Positions 14,366 through 26,963 of a stretch of 51,270 nucleotides of DNA are shown in pieces. The position numbers were made by a program, and so were the translations under genes. The DNA lies in assembly GCA_022813965.1 (NCBI GenBank), contig JALDZS010000167.1, forward strand, positions 1-51,270, in the 5' to 3' direction. Within the stretch, counting starts at the first letter, position 1. Each line of letters begins with the position of its first letter. This DNA is from Toensbergia leucococca. Taxonomy: Eukaryota. The notes under the pieces are model-generated. The model saw only the letters and a list, made by a program, of their open reading frames with translations, did no database searches and was not told the origin of the DNA.

Positions 14366-17219
14366 ATGGGTAGTAAGCAGGGATACTTGCAGCCGCAATT
14401 GGGTGCTACCTTTGTCCCTGGCGGTGTTGATGATTTTTACTTACCTGAGGTCATCTCACCCTCTCCGCAACGGTGAGTCAAGGAATTGTCGAGTCATTGT
14501 AGTGCTCTTTGCTACCAATAGAGACTTCAAATTGCTGACCGGATTGGATAGGGTGATGCCAGAAGTACCCGAACACATGCAGGAGAACATAGCCTATCTT
14601 GAACTTGAGGCCAATTCTTCATATCGCCTCTCTGGGTTACAGTCTCCCGTATCGCTCGACGGGCCACAGCATTTTAGGACACCATCCTATCCGAATCGAG
14701 GTTCTTCACTCGTGAACTCATCTGGGGATCAGTCACAAAGCTACAGTACTGGTAACTCTCTATCAGCCACGTCGCAGCGAGAACATGGATATTCGACACA
14801 TGCCAACCAGGCCTTAAGCCCGCCTGACTTGCCATCATTCTCTCCTTTCCCACCCATCCTTAATCGTCAGGCAAATGTTCCACCTTCCAATGAGGAAAGA
14901 GAAGCTATGCTTGAGAGCGCCCGCACTCAGGTGCTAAATTCAAATGACCCAGAAATGCAACTGAGTTGGGCCCACGATGCTCTGGTATATGTAGAGATAG
15001 CTGCATCAAGCGAAATACGGATCTCTGAGAACCAGGCCCCACGATCCCAAACGCCACGAATCGAACATCAACTACGCGAGAATGCCATTAGTATAGTCTC
15101 GTTTCTAGCGGAACAGCATCACCCGAAAGCAGAATTCATGAAAGGCATGTGGCTGGAATTTGGGAAATTTGGAAGCCGCATGGACAGGAGAGAATCTTTT
15201 GCATGCTATTCCCGAGCAGCGCAAAATGGATATGCTCGGGCGCAATACCGAATGGGAATGCAATTTGAGAACTCAAACAATGCTGCCACCGCTATCAAGC
15301 ACTATAAGTTAGGAGTGGAAGCTGGGGACTCTGCGTCTCACTATGTATGTTCTAACCGATCCTGGAAACGTCGTGTACGATACCAATCTCTGAGGTAATC
15401 GCTAATATTTCTAGCGTCTTGGAATGATGACCCTTCTTGGGCAGCTTGGGCAGGTTCAAAACTATAAAAGAGCTGTTCAGCTGATCCAATTTGCAGCTGA
15501 AACAGCTGATGAGAATGCACCGCAAGGAGCATATGTTAGAAACCGATCATCAAGACTAGCAATTGAAGCTAATTCAAATCGCAGGTATTTGGTATGCTAC
15601 TAGCACGAGACCTTCCACAGATCAATTTGCCAGAAATCTACTTGCCATCAGACTTCAACGCTGCGCGGTCCTACATCGAGAAAGCGGCTTACTTGGGATT
15701 TGCAAAGGCTCAGGCTAAGATGGGTGCAGCTTATGAACTTTGCCAGTTAGGGTGTGATTTTGATCCCGCCCTCTCTCTACATTACAATGCCTTAGCAGCC
15801 AGACAAGACGACTCAGAAGCGGATATGGCTATCAGTAAATGGTTTCTTTGTGGCTACGAAGGCATTTTTGAGAAAAAGGAGGAGCTAGCATTCACTTATG
15901 CTCAGCGAGCAGCTCAACTCGGACTTGGAACAGCTGAATTCGCCATGGGGTACTTTTACGAGATTGGAATGTATGTTCCTGTAGATCTCAAGGTGGCAAA
16001 GTCATGGTACGGCAAAGCTTTCGAACACGGTAATCAAGATGCTGCCGCTAGACTTGACGGTATATCCCGTTCCAGGACACTCTCAAAGAAGGATCACGAG
16101 AACATTGCCGTCGCCAAAATCAAATCGCAGTACGGGTCGCACCGGAACAAGAGGCCTGAACGTTTTAGCAGAAATCCAACGGCAACCATGCCCACAATTT
16201 CAGATGACATGGACGAGGATCCAGACCCCTTTCAATTAAAGCCTCTCCCTATCCCACGAGAAAATCGCCCTGTTTCGTCTCTATCGACCCATACACTTCC
16301 CCAACGACCTGCTTCCGCCGCTCCTTACCCAATTGAAGCTCAACGGCCGGCTTCCACTACGCCTTATCCAGTTGACGATGGACTGACTGTTCAGTCCAAG
16401 CCCGTCAAAACCTCGTCCTTTATTCATCCAGATATTCGACCAAGCACCGCTGGACCTATGGGAGGCCCACCTAGGAACGAATACTACAGAGGCCCTTCTC
16501 CCGCAGCGAATGGGGCCACACGGCCTTATTCGAGCATGGACGCTGCCGGAGTCGGTCGTGGAAGAGGTACTCCTCTACAGCCTCAATTCGGCGTAGGAGC
16601 TATGGGAGTTGGCCGTGGAAGGGGCATTCAAGCGCAGCGATTTGCCTCTGATGGCTCGGTTCCGCAAGCCGATAGGCAGCCTGTTGGATCTAGGAGCGAC
16701 CCACCACAGCCAACTCTCATTGACATTGGATACACAGCTCCACTGGATCCATTAGGAGCCGATCGAAAAAAGCGGCTACAGAAATCCGATAACCCTGGTC
16801 TCGGCGTATCACGACCCTCGACAGGGGGCGAAAAGCCACCAGATCGGGTCACCTCGACACTAGGAACTCTGCCGCCCCAAATTTTATCGGGCAGGGGTCA
16901 CACATCAAGTCCGAGTCGTCAAAGTGTCAGACCTGACTCGGCAGGGAGGCCTAGCAATAGGCAAGATCCAATGCCTATAGGACCAGGATCCAGACCTAGT
17001 AGCGACGCTTCCACTCCAAATTTACCGCCAACGGGCGCTGTTTCTAATCTAACTACACCTGCTGTATCTACAGGCGCCGCTCCGGCCAAAATGCCGGGCA
17101 AGGGGCCCCAGACATTCGAGGAGATGGGTGTACCGCATGGGAAAAAAGACGGGGATTGCGTAGGGTCTCCGTTTTCCTTGATGAAGAATTCACTAATGTC
17201 AGTGTAGGTAATGATGTGA
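14366..17219 (+). CDS. Sel1/TPR-repeat chitin synthase activator (Chs4/Skt5-like), Pro-rich tail, C-terminal CaaX box
   Basis: Sel1 repeats (ARAQYRMG, KAQAKMGAAYE, TAEFAMGYFYEIG). Exon 1 MGSKQGYLQPQLG..DDFYLPEVISPSPQR. Final intron 17160-17207 gives ...DGDCVMM* (CaaX). Confidence 0.85.
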
Positions 17220-17594
17220 TTTTCGACAAGAATAGATTCATTGAAGCATTGCGAAATGGCGTTCACCATACCCGGGGTTTTGAGGATTGGCACCTTGGAC
17301 AGATCACAGGTAGATTAGATTCTCTGAGAAGCTTGAGGTCTCTTTTCATGAGTAAGGTAAAAAGTCGTAGGAGAGCAAATGATGTCATTTGTACTTTTAT
17401 TAGACAATCTTCGAATCAGCTGGCACTCCTGTATATTCACAAGATCTGCGAACCTTGTTTACTCGCCTCACTTGCTTGAATAATTAAGATCTGTGTCTCG
17501 CCGTTATGTCTCTCAGCCTGCATACGTCTACCTATTCAGAAGGGGTTTATCTCAAATGTGGCAGTTCTACTAAACGTAGTGCTGCACGGCCAAG

Positions 17595-18637
17595 ATGGTT
17601 CCAAGAAGAGACAAGACCACAAACGCAGCAGCAGATCAAGGTCAATCTAAGTGGTACGGACAGTTTTCTCAGTGAGTCTGCTGATTCTTGGGTCTTCCTA
17701 GGAAGTCTTTTGATCCTTGATTACCTCAGTCCGTTTGTGCCGAGTACTAATAAAATAAATAAAGCAATAAGCTGATGAGTACACAGAGAAACAAAAGTCA
17801 GTTGTCACATTCCGTTACTGCGGTATAAATGAATGACACTCACATCTTGGCCATTTCCATAGTCGTCCATACTCTGTTGGTTGCCTTTCTAAGCCAGGAT
17901 CTGGCGCCTGAGTGACAAGTCTTGGGGTATAGGCCCAAGAGATCTCAACCAACCTGCGCAATGGAGTCACCACAAGTATGGGCCGCGAACCAAGTCTATC
18001 GATGGCGAAATTCATGTGCTGAGCTCCGCCTAGGCTACGCCACGAAAGCTCTTGAGGAGCTCCACGAACAAAACGCCATTTCCAGGAAAGCAGCTAGTGT
18101 GGATCCTCGCCCATCTCATCTGTAAGCTGCTTACTTATATACTCAAGGCGAACGAATGATATATCAGCCCAATCAGGACCCCAAAGATTCCACAAGCCCT
18201 GAAGAAATCTCCGCCATGGACAAAGAAATTCAAAGGCTCCGAGAGGAAATCTCCGCGATCAAAACAAAGGAGAAAATCCTCCAAGCAAACATCATAACCC
18301 TGAACGCTACAATGTCTTCCCATGACCTCCAGGCTAGCATCGCAGCACTGGAGCTTGAGAAGAAGGAGATTATAGCTCGTCTCGGCCCGCTGCGTGCCGG
18401 AACAGTCAAGCCTGTCTCGCAGGAGGAGAAAGATGTAGTGGAGAAAGCGTGGAAGGAGTGGTCAAGGAAAGCTAGTGTACGGAAGAGAATTTGTATGGAT
18501 CTTTGGGAATATTGCACGGAAGAGCTGCCAGAGGGACAAACGCGGGAGGAGCTTTGGGTACGTACCAAGTGACGTACCTCTGGGGTTGCTATGCTAAAAT
18601 AATGTAGGAAGAACTAGGTCTCGAAGCCGACGAGTGA
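17595..18637 (+). CDS. HOP2: Meiotic recombination factor Hop2/TBPIP (winged helix + coiled coil), 8 exons
   Basis: Spliced LILDYLKKQNRPYSAQEISTNL (Hop2 signature), MIYQPNQ, coiled coil, RKRICMDLW, ELWEELGLE end. Confidence 0.88.
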
Positions 18638-19155
18638 TGTTGCAGGTACGGATACACCGACATAAGATGTTTGTAAAGCTGGCTATCTGGAGTAATCGAT
18701 TTTGCTATTTCCATATTTCTTTGACTCTAGCTATCTGCTCTGCAATACTGTCGCTTTCACCATCAAAATTAATATTTTTTCAGAGCAGAATAACACGGCT
18801 CAAGAATGTTCAATTGTGAGTTAGAAGTATTCAGGTGCTTAGGTGACGTTAAGCAATAATCAGCCCCCTCTATCAAGAAGCTATAGAGGCAGTATCACTA
18901 ATGGCTCTCCAAAACAATACGGCAAAATCACCAATGTCCATGCAGAAACACACAGGCAGTACAAAACAACAGTATCTTCTATCTTAGCCTTTGCGAATGA
19001 AGGCCTGACACATGCCCATTTCCAGCCAATGTGAAAACGAGATATCGAGATACCCAACAACTTTTGAACTTGTGAAGTACAGTGCACGACAAAAGAGCAT
19101 GGAGAAATGCGACGTAACTGCGATTCAGCAACACCACAGCACCATAAAAATGGGC

Positions 19156-19167
19156 AAAAAGACAAAA
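19156..19167 (-). terminator. RNA polymerase III oligo-dT terminator of the 5S gene
   Basis: TTTT-GTC-TTTTT at the 5S 3' end on the minus strand. Confidence 0.7.
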
Positions 19168-19285
19168 CATACAACAGTAGGGATTCGCCAGTCGTCACCG
19201 ACCTGACTACTAATCTACCGATCTGAGTTTTTAGTACGGCAGAGCGGACCGGATGCCCTTTTTTCCCTAGTCTGTGGTCGTATGT
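19167..19285 (-). rRNA. Dispersed 5S rRNA gene (119 nt)
   Basis: Minus strand ACATACGACCACAG...GTCCGCTCTGCC...TTAGTAGTCAGGTCGGTGACGACTGGCGAATCCCTACTGTTGTATGT. Helix I (ACATACGAC/GTTGTATGT) pairs and an oligo-T follows. Confidence 0.93.
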
Positions 19286-20704
19286 GAAAGCAAAACCATT
19301 ATTTTGGTAATTGATTTTGGAGAATTCTTGGTGGACAGTATCAATTGGTCTTGAGGAACTACAAGAATAGCTCAAGAGTAAGTAGAATTGTTCTTGAACT
19401 AAGCGTTTCATTATAAGAACGAAGGCAGCAGTGTAAATAGAGGATCGAGTTTGGATCAATCATACAGATCGTTGAATAGCAAGTAGCGTTTACATTGAAT
19501 TTGAATGAGTGTCCATACTATTCGTTAGGGACATGAAATTCCCCTTTTGAAATAGAGAAAGCGCTGGCATTCAATTGTCAGATCAATATCAAGGATACTG
19601 TATAAATTGATATATAAGATACTAGTCTTATAAATCGTTCATTGTCTGAAGGTCAGTCAAAAATATATTGTAGAGACTAACGGTATCATATACAAATCGT
19701 ATCTTATAGATCGATCCTCGGGCAAAGCCTTAGCAGAGAGTCATCACATTCACTACTAACCTCTCTAGCACCTCCTGATATACATCCCTAAAACCTCCTC
19801 ATCTACCTTTCAGTCTTGCATCGGTCAAAGAGAAAAGGGAGAAAAAAAAAGGAGAAGGAAGAGAAGGAATGGATTAAAGAGAAAAGCATTGAGTGTTTAA
19901 CAGTAATGAAGACAATAAGCCAGGGACTGAAAATGAGATGAAGAAAGTGGAAGAGACGAAAATTGTTCTTGAGACTCTTTCTCATGACTGCATTGAAATT
20001 TGATATCTCATATGTCGAAACACTTCCAGTCTCAAAAAGCTGGTTTGAAGCCGTATCTAAAACCTCATCGGTATCTTGTGCACCAATTTAAACCATGAAC
20101 CACAAACTGATGACTGATGACCCACTACCCAAGAGCTCGGTCTGTGACTCTTGCAGAGCCTCACCGTTCAAGTTCAACAATTCTCACGGAAAGGCTTACT
20201 TGGATTATGTGAAGGATAGGGCAATGTAATGGCGTCGGTACAGTATCACCTGTTCAAGTACTCATGACCTCCCTGAAGGCACATTGTCTTAGATTGACCC
20301 TCTAAAAGTGGAATCTCGTAAAACCCCCTCATTACTTTGCAGTATACATGATTCCTGATAGACCTTTTTCCAAAATCAAAGAGCTCACTAGACATATATT
20401 TATTATGCACTAGTTGTCGACTCACCCGCAGTTACCTAGTGAAAGAAGGTCTGGAGACTCAAGCGCCAAGGCCCTTGTAGGCGTAGATTGCGAATGTGAC
20501 GAGCTTGCAGATCTTCTAGGGCCGGCTAGCAATTTGACTCGGCGCTAACAGCCGCTTAACCGGACCCCGGCTTTTACACTTCAAGTCTTCCTCTTTCCAA
20601 GCCACATCACTTTGCCTAGAATACTAAACCTCTTCTGTCTGCCTACAAGAAAAAATCACAGCTATCTTTGAGTGATATAAGACAGACCAGCCTCCTCCGC
20701 CATC

Positions 20705-22698
20705 ATGGCCACCTTCCTCTCTAGACATCCTGTACAATCTCAACCCGAGCAAGAGATATCATCAACTACCCCGCCAGATAAAACCATGTTTCACACAAAT
20801 AACATCTCCCACCGAGCACCTTCGACACGTCACACCAATGGTACCAGATCGCACTATCGGACTTCGGCTGAGTACACTGGGGGTGGTACAAAGGCTTTTA
20901 CGAACGGTGATGGTGCCCCACCTGTGCCTGTGCCTAACGGTGCTCAACCGCACATGGCAAATGGAGGTTCGCGCAACATGGGTAGAATGGGCGGAGGCGC
21001 AGCAGCTTTTGATACCCCCAGGAGTCCTCCAAACACCAAAAGTACGTCTTTCATAGTCAAAGATTATGTGGATATGGGCCGACGCTGAAGTGTCCCCGTT
21101 CAGATACATCGCACGTGCCATGCAAATTCTTCCGATCGGGCCAGTGTCAAGCCGGTAAAGCTTGCCCGTTTCTACATTCTACAGATGTCTCAACCGTCGA
21201 TACTCCTTGCAAATATTTTGCGAAGGTATGGAATACAACGATTCTACCTTAAGGCCATACTGACAGGATCTAGGGCAATTGTAAATTTGGAGCCAAATGT
21301 GCGTTGGCACATGTATTGCCAAATGGAAGAAGAGTCAATCGGCCAAATGGAATGATGGGAGGGCATCTTAACCTCGGCGGTCGAGTCGATCCTCAGTCGT
21401 ACCATCACCAAGACTCGGCCCTAGCTAATTCCCTTCTGGCCCAGCAAGCTAACGGCAATCAACTACCCTTCGGCCATCAATTTTCTCAAGCTCTAGAAAC
21501 CGATTTCACCCCACAAATCAGCATACACACTAAGCTTTATAACAATCTCCCATCCATAGACACGAGTTACGCATCTCATCCTGACTCGAAGTACGGGTCG
21601 CCACGAGATGATATCCTTTCGCCGTTATCACCTGTTGCGCATTTAAGTACTCTCGATGCTCCGCTACCTGCATCGTTCGATAGTCAGGGTATATCGTACA
21701 TGGCAAGACATGGACCTGTCGCAGCATCCGTCCCTTCGAAATTCGGCCTCGAGTCGCCTCCATCTTCTTTACCCAGAAAGTCCGCTTTACCTACTGATGC
21801 TCTACGAAACCTACATGATTCCGCCTTCGGCCGCTCCAAGATAGCAAATTTAGGATCATCTCCTCTGGGATCAGGAGACGAAAGCTTTGGCCAGCGTACC
21901 ATGCATTCCCAGCGCGTCCCCAAACCTAAGATGATGTCAGCAAGCCTTCCCAGACCAAGGGCTAATGAAGAGTGGGACGAGGGATTCTTGTTCGGTGGCG
22001 AGGAAGACTTTTTACCAACAAGTCTTCACGACCTCCTGACCCCACAAGAGAAGATGCGTCGACTCTCAAGAACCGAACAAGACTCCAGCATTTTCCGAGA
22101 AAGCCTAAGTGGGCTCGGCACTCCAGCCGAATCAGCAAGCAAAGTCGGGTCGGCTAGCCCTTCTCGCTTCGGCGCCCTCTTCGCCAGACAGAAGCGTGAA
22201 GAGGAAACAAACGGCGTCTCCAATTCCGCATTCGGCCAAGTGGGCTCACCCCTACGCAACTCCTCCCTCCACCCCGGTGCAAGTCCCTCCCTCCGTGCAC
22301 TCAGCCACCCTATGTCCGGCGACGTCTCCCCCTTCCTAGCCAGTCCCCCGCGACAATCCTCCATGTCAATGATCTCCCAACAGCTGCAACGCACCCGTCT
22401 ATCCAACAGGGCCGAATCAAATGATACCACTGGCAACAGCAGCACTCCTAGTCTCCACCCCCGGCTTGCTTCCGGCTCCAACGGCCGCCTTGACAGAGCC
22501 GTGTCCTCGTCTAGAATCGACGAGGAGCAGGGCGAGTGCGTGTTCTCAATGGAGGAGGAAGAGTATAATGGTAAGAGGTACAGTGGTGGATGGGGATATG
22601 CTCGGTCGCCGGCGCTGGGCACAGTGGGTGGTGCGAGGCAGGGGCTTGGGCAGCAGGAGGGGAAGGATCTGGAGGCGTTTTATCCCGGAAGGAACTGA
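20705..22698 (+). CDS. scp3: Tandem CCCH zinc-finger protein, Scp3/Cps3/Lee1-like (spindle poison sensitivity), 3 exons
   Basis: Spliced HVPCKFFRSGQCQAGKACPFLH and PCKYFAKGNCKFGAKCALAH, plus conserved LDAPLPASFDSQGIS and EEDFLPTSLHDLLTPQE..RRLSR. Confidence 0.85.
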
Positions 22699-23979
22699 GG
22701 GTTCTTGCGTTATTCTTGTACAAGGGTTAATTTCGATGGTGTTGTGGAGGGGGGCACGGTGGTACATGATGCTTGTTTTTTACCCGGCCGGGGGATTCTG
22801 ACTTTGGATTCCTTTCACCGGCTTTATTTCTACGGCGGGGCTTTGGGATTCATCTGGGGCGTTTTGAGGTTCTTGTCGATACCTACATGTTTTATTTTTT
22901 TTTGTGGCTTTGGGATTTGATTTGGCTATTTTTCTTCCCTTTTTTTTTTTTTACATCTTTAGGGTCGTTTTTTTGGCCCGGGGGGGGTAAAGCGTGGCTT
23001 GGGTATGGATGAATAGATGGATTGGTGTAGATAGATAGGTAGGGAGATAAGTTTCATATGGAAATTGTGTTGGCTATTGTGTGGGATTTTGTTGATCTTG
23101 GTTTCGGTGTGTGACTGTTCCATTTCCATTTTTTTTTTTTCCTTTTCTTGTTGGGGGGGTGTGCGGATACCTGACTTCAATTTTCTTCCTTTCACTCCTG
23201 GTTTTAATAAACTGCAACAAACTCTTCCCAAATTCTCCCCTTATCAAAAAAAAACCGCCTCCTGTTTCTCTGCACACTCTGTTCCTGGCTGAGCTTAATT
23301 GTGTCGTAGCGTTTTGTTTTTGTTTTTTTTTTGGTTGTAGGATGTCTCTGCCTGTGGTTCCTTGGTTTGTGGGGGGTTTTGTTGCTTTTGTTGAGAGGGT
23401 TGAGATGACGCGTTGCTTTGAAGGGGGTTTTTTGGGGGTTTGTGAGGGGAGGATGTGGGGGATTTTGTGGGATGTAGAGGGTAGAGGGTGGGATGTTGTT
23501 TGAGGGGGTGGGGAGGCGAGGATAGGGGTTTTTTTTGGGGGTGGGGGGGGGGTTGAGGTGAGAAAAGGGGGAGGGAGGGTTTAAGAGGAGAGGGAGAGAG
23601 GGGTTGGATTAGGTTGGATTTCCTGGGGTGGGTTGTGTTTTGTTTTGTACACGGAATTTGAAGGTGTTTTGTTGTTGTTCTTTTTTGCTTTTTATTTCTT
23701 TTCTTTGGGGGAAGCATGGTTGTGATCTATACTTTTTGGGATTCTAATATTTTTTTTCAACCCCCTTTTCTTTGGTAGATATTGGTGGGCGGGCGGGAAG
23801 AAGGGTAGGCAAGTGGAGAATCATAGATAGTGGGAAGGCATTTTGTCAATCCGGGATGTAAGTCTTCGATTCCAAGGCCTCTTGAATGCCTTATTTGAAG
23901 GATGCAAATAACGCCTTATGCGGTGGCTATGTTTGGCGTGGGACAGATCCCCAAAAATGTAGATCGATAAGAAGAAGGG

Positions 23980-24729
23980 CTAACGAATGATGTACTTTAA
24001 TGCGTAGAAATACCGAAAGAAGGGAGATAGCGTTGTAGATGTAATAGCCATGGTGTCTGTCGTACATCCATCATTTGAAGGAGAACTTTGGCGAGCTGAT
24101 TCGACATCGGCGTCTTCTGCAGCCCAAAGCTTTATATCTGAATCTGCTTCGTCGCCATCTTTAGCTTTATCCTTCTTGGCGCGGATACCAAAGGGCCCAT
24201 CTGGCCAGAAGTAGTTTAACCAGCCGTTTACAAGCGTCGAAGCTAAGACACAGAATGGAATGAATGATGCTCTAGCCCTGATTTCATGCGATTCATTCCT
24301 GTCCAAAAGATCCCAAAATATTAAGATCTCCTCGTGGGTTAAGTCGGGATGAGGGTCTTCCGCTTCCTTCTGGAGCATACGTCGTAGCTTTCGTGTGCCT
24401 TTCGAATCGATGAATTGGAAAGCCTTCTCATGTTTGCGTCTGGGGCCGTTTCCCAAATTTGTCAACGGCAACCAGAGAACCAACCATTGGACTTGACCGT
24501 CGAGGTAAGCCCCGCTCAGCTGCTTTTGATGGGAGTCTGGAGAATTGCGAATTTGTCTTTCAAGGAAGCACATTGCGCGAATCAATTCATAAAGATTGAG
24601 ACTAGGGGGCAGCAGATTTGAAGATGCATTGGTGCTGAAAGCTCGAGGAGCCAAATTACGGCGTCTACCATGGTTGATGGTACCCAGCTGGAAGGTTTGG
24701 GCTACAATGAATGCCTTAGGGAAACACAT
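23980..24729 (-). CDS. Hypothetical protein, probably a terminal exon; upstream exons unresolved
   Basis: 249-codon ORF with a branch point/acceptor (GCTAAC...CCCTAAG) near its start. No family recognised. Confidence 0.4.
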   Translation of the reverse strand: MCFPKAFIVAQTFQLGTINHGRRRNLAPRAFSTNASSNLLPPSLNLYELIRAMCFLERQIRNSPDSHQKQLSGAYLDGQVQWLVLWLPLTNLGNGPRRKHEKAFQFIDSKGTRKLRRMLQKEAEDPHPDLTHEEILIFWDLLDRNESHEIRARASFIPFCVLASTLVNGWLNYFWPDGPFGIRAKKDKAKDGDEADSDIKLWAAEDADVESARQSSPSNDGCTTDTMAITSTTLSPFFRYFYALKYIIR

Positions 24730-25545
24730 GAGGTTAGCTGCTCGGGGGGAGAGTAGAGCATAATATCGGTAGCATTTTACTGAGAACTAGACTAAGAAGT
24801 GTTTGGTCAGACAGACTTTCTTGTACGAAAATGGGCTTTAAGAGAAGGCGAGAGGCGAACTTCTAAAGAGGTAACTGATCTTGCAGAAGATAAAAGTCAA
24901 GATACGGAAGAATATGCATCTAATAGCTCACCTATGGCAGTAAGCCTGGATTCTTTTGATTGCGAACGAACAAATCAGGAAATGCTCACTTACACGCTCA
25001 AATTCGATGACTTAACAATATGAGAGACCATAGATGGAAAAATACATAGTGAGAGAGAGCGGTGGAGACATCTGAGGTTTCACCGTGCACGATGATGGCA
25101 TGTGTAACCTCAGCGCTATGCAATTTCCTTTTCGCATTGACCATACCTTAATCTCGGAATGCTCACAGTACATAAGATCAAGATCGATGCTCTTGCTTTT
25201 GATAGTGATTTTTGAAAACCTCCAAGACAAAAAACTCAATCGGTGTGAAAACGAGTACGTATGGAAAAAGCTAGGATGCCAACGAAGGCTGTCACTCCAC
25301 AGCCTCGCCTAGATGCCCTAACTGTGGCCCGTCTGTGCAGCCTGCCTCTTCATAAGATCAAACCTACCTGGTGTACCTACATAATGAGCTTGTCTATCAA
25401 GAACACACAAGAGTATGTCCCACCAGCAAGTGCACGGTTAGCCATTGCCTCGGAGGATTCCATCTATGAAAAAAAGACATCCATATCTCTTCTGAAAACA
25501 ACTACCAATGTTGATCCATAAAAAGAATACTTGGAAAATACAAAA

Positions 25546-26963
25546 TCATACTGTTGAATGCACTGCATTATCCTGCTCTGTGTCCATCTCCTCGGCGTCA
25601 CTCTGCGGCGCAACCTGCGACACTTTGTTCTCATACTGGACCTTCCACTGATCAGTCCTCCGGATGATCATTGCATCACTCTTTGTGCTGGATATTGAGC
25701 CCGACCTTTGTCCTCGGGACTGTCGCCTTTCAGTATGCGTTGCCACTGCCGCAGCCGAATATCCCAACGTTTGAAAATTATTTTCTTGGCTCGGCGAATG
25801 TAGAGAAGAATCTTTGACGTTACCGAAAGTACGCATTCGGTAATTATTACCATTGGTGATATGCGGACTGCGGAAGGAAAATGAAATGCCAAGCATGCCA
25901 GAGTCAAAGCTATCGAGGAAGGGTTTGAGACACGGTATGCATGCAGTAATGACGCTGAGACTCATGACACATTGAGTGGCGATACTGCTATTAACGACGG
26001 AGAAGGTGACATCGGAAGATGATGAATCTGGGCGGAGACAGAAAAGGCGGAATATCGTTGCGACAATAACTCTATTCTGCATTAGCACTACCCGCTGAGT
26101 AGAATTAGGATGATGCCAACAGGATCCGAAAGATGAATGCTACAATAACGACAACTTTCTTGGAAACAGCGACTTGTACTGGGAGCATCATGAGGACCGG
26201 AAGAGATATCATGACCAGCTCGGTCAATATATCCACCGGCGATATGGCAACCCAGAAAACAAACTCAGGAAATGTCAGCAGATTCTCTATGAACCGACAG
26301 ACGGATCTTACTGTATCAATGCAGTGTCCTGATGTCATATCCCATGGATGAGAAACACCGCACTGGAAAGTAAGGGAAAGAAAGGCCGGGATGAACCACA
26401 ATACCACGACGATACTTGTCACATCGGCTAAGTTCTTTTGCGACTTCGGCACTGCTAGCCGCCGAAGGAGTTGAAGAACCGAGAGCTTTGCAAGGCAAAT
26501 AGTCACAATATAAAGAAGGTCTGCTGCATACTCGGCCTAAGAGTTTCGTGCTTCAGCAGAATGATCCTAGGTGACCTTCTCTTTTCATAGCAAACATGAC
26601 TCACCCTCTCGACGTTCGCTAGCTGCAAACTGCTTAAATTTTTTTGTCGTTGTCCTAGCCCGTGTTGTATTGCTATTGACACTGCGATTGATTGCCCGAC
26701 TCCACAAATCTTCAAATCAAAAATTTTTAGCCGTCATCTCTATCGAGTTCAAATGTGGTGGAAGATGCAAGGAGGAAAATTACCATTGCAACGACTGTTA
26801 AGGCATCTTCGCGCCCCGAATGTCGAGTGATGATAAATCTAACGGCAACTCTAATGAGGACAGATAGGATCATAGCAACCATCAAGAACCAGGTGGCAAT
26901 AGCAACGAGAGGCCCATGATCGTCTGGGGTAACTGTGGCATTTCGGAGCCCCGCCAGGGCCAT
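25546..26963 (-). CDS. PTH11-like integral membrane protein (fungal rhodopsin domain, no CFEM), 5 exons
   Basis: TPDDHGPLV..SVLIR..ED, HGLGQ, TICLAKLSVL, FQC..PWD...C, DILTE..LP, KKVVV..F.FR, SVITACIPCLKPFL, Ser-rich tail. Confidence 0.85.

Noticed and set aside
18881..19459. 192-aa minus-strand ORF
   Set aside because: Runs through the 5S rRNA gene and AT-rich flanks with no protein motif; a chance ORF.
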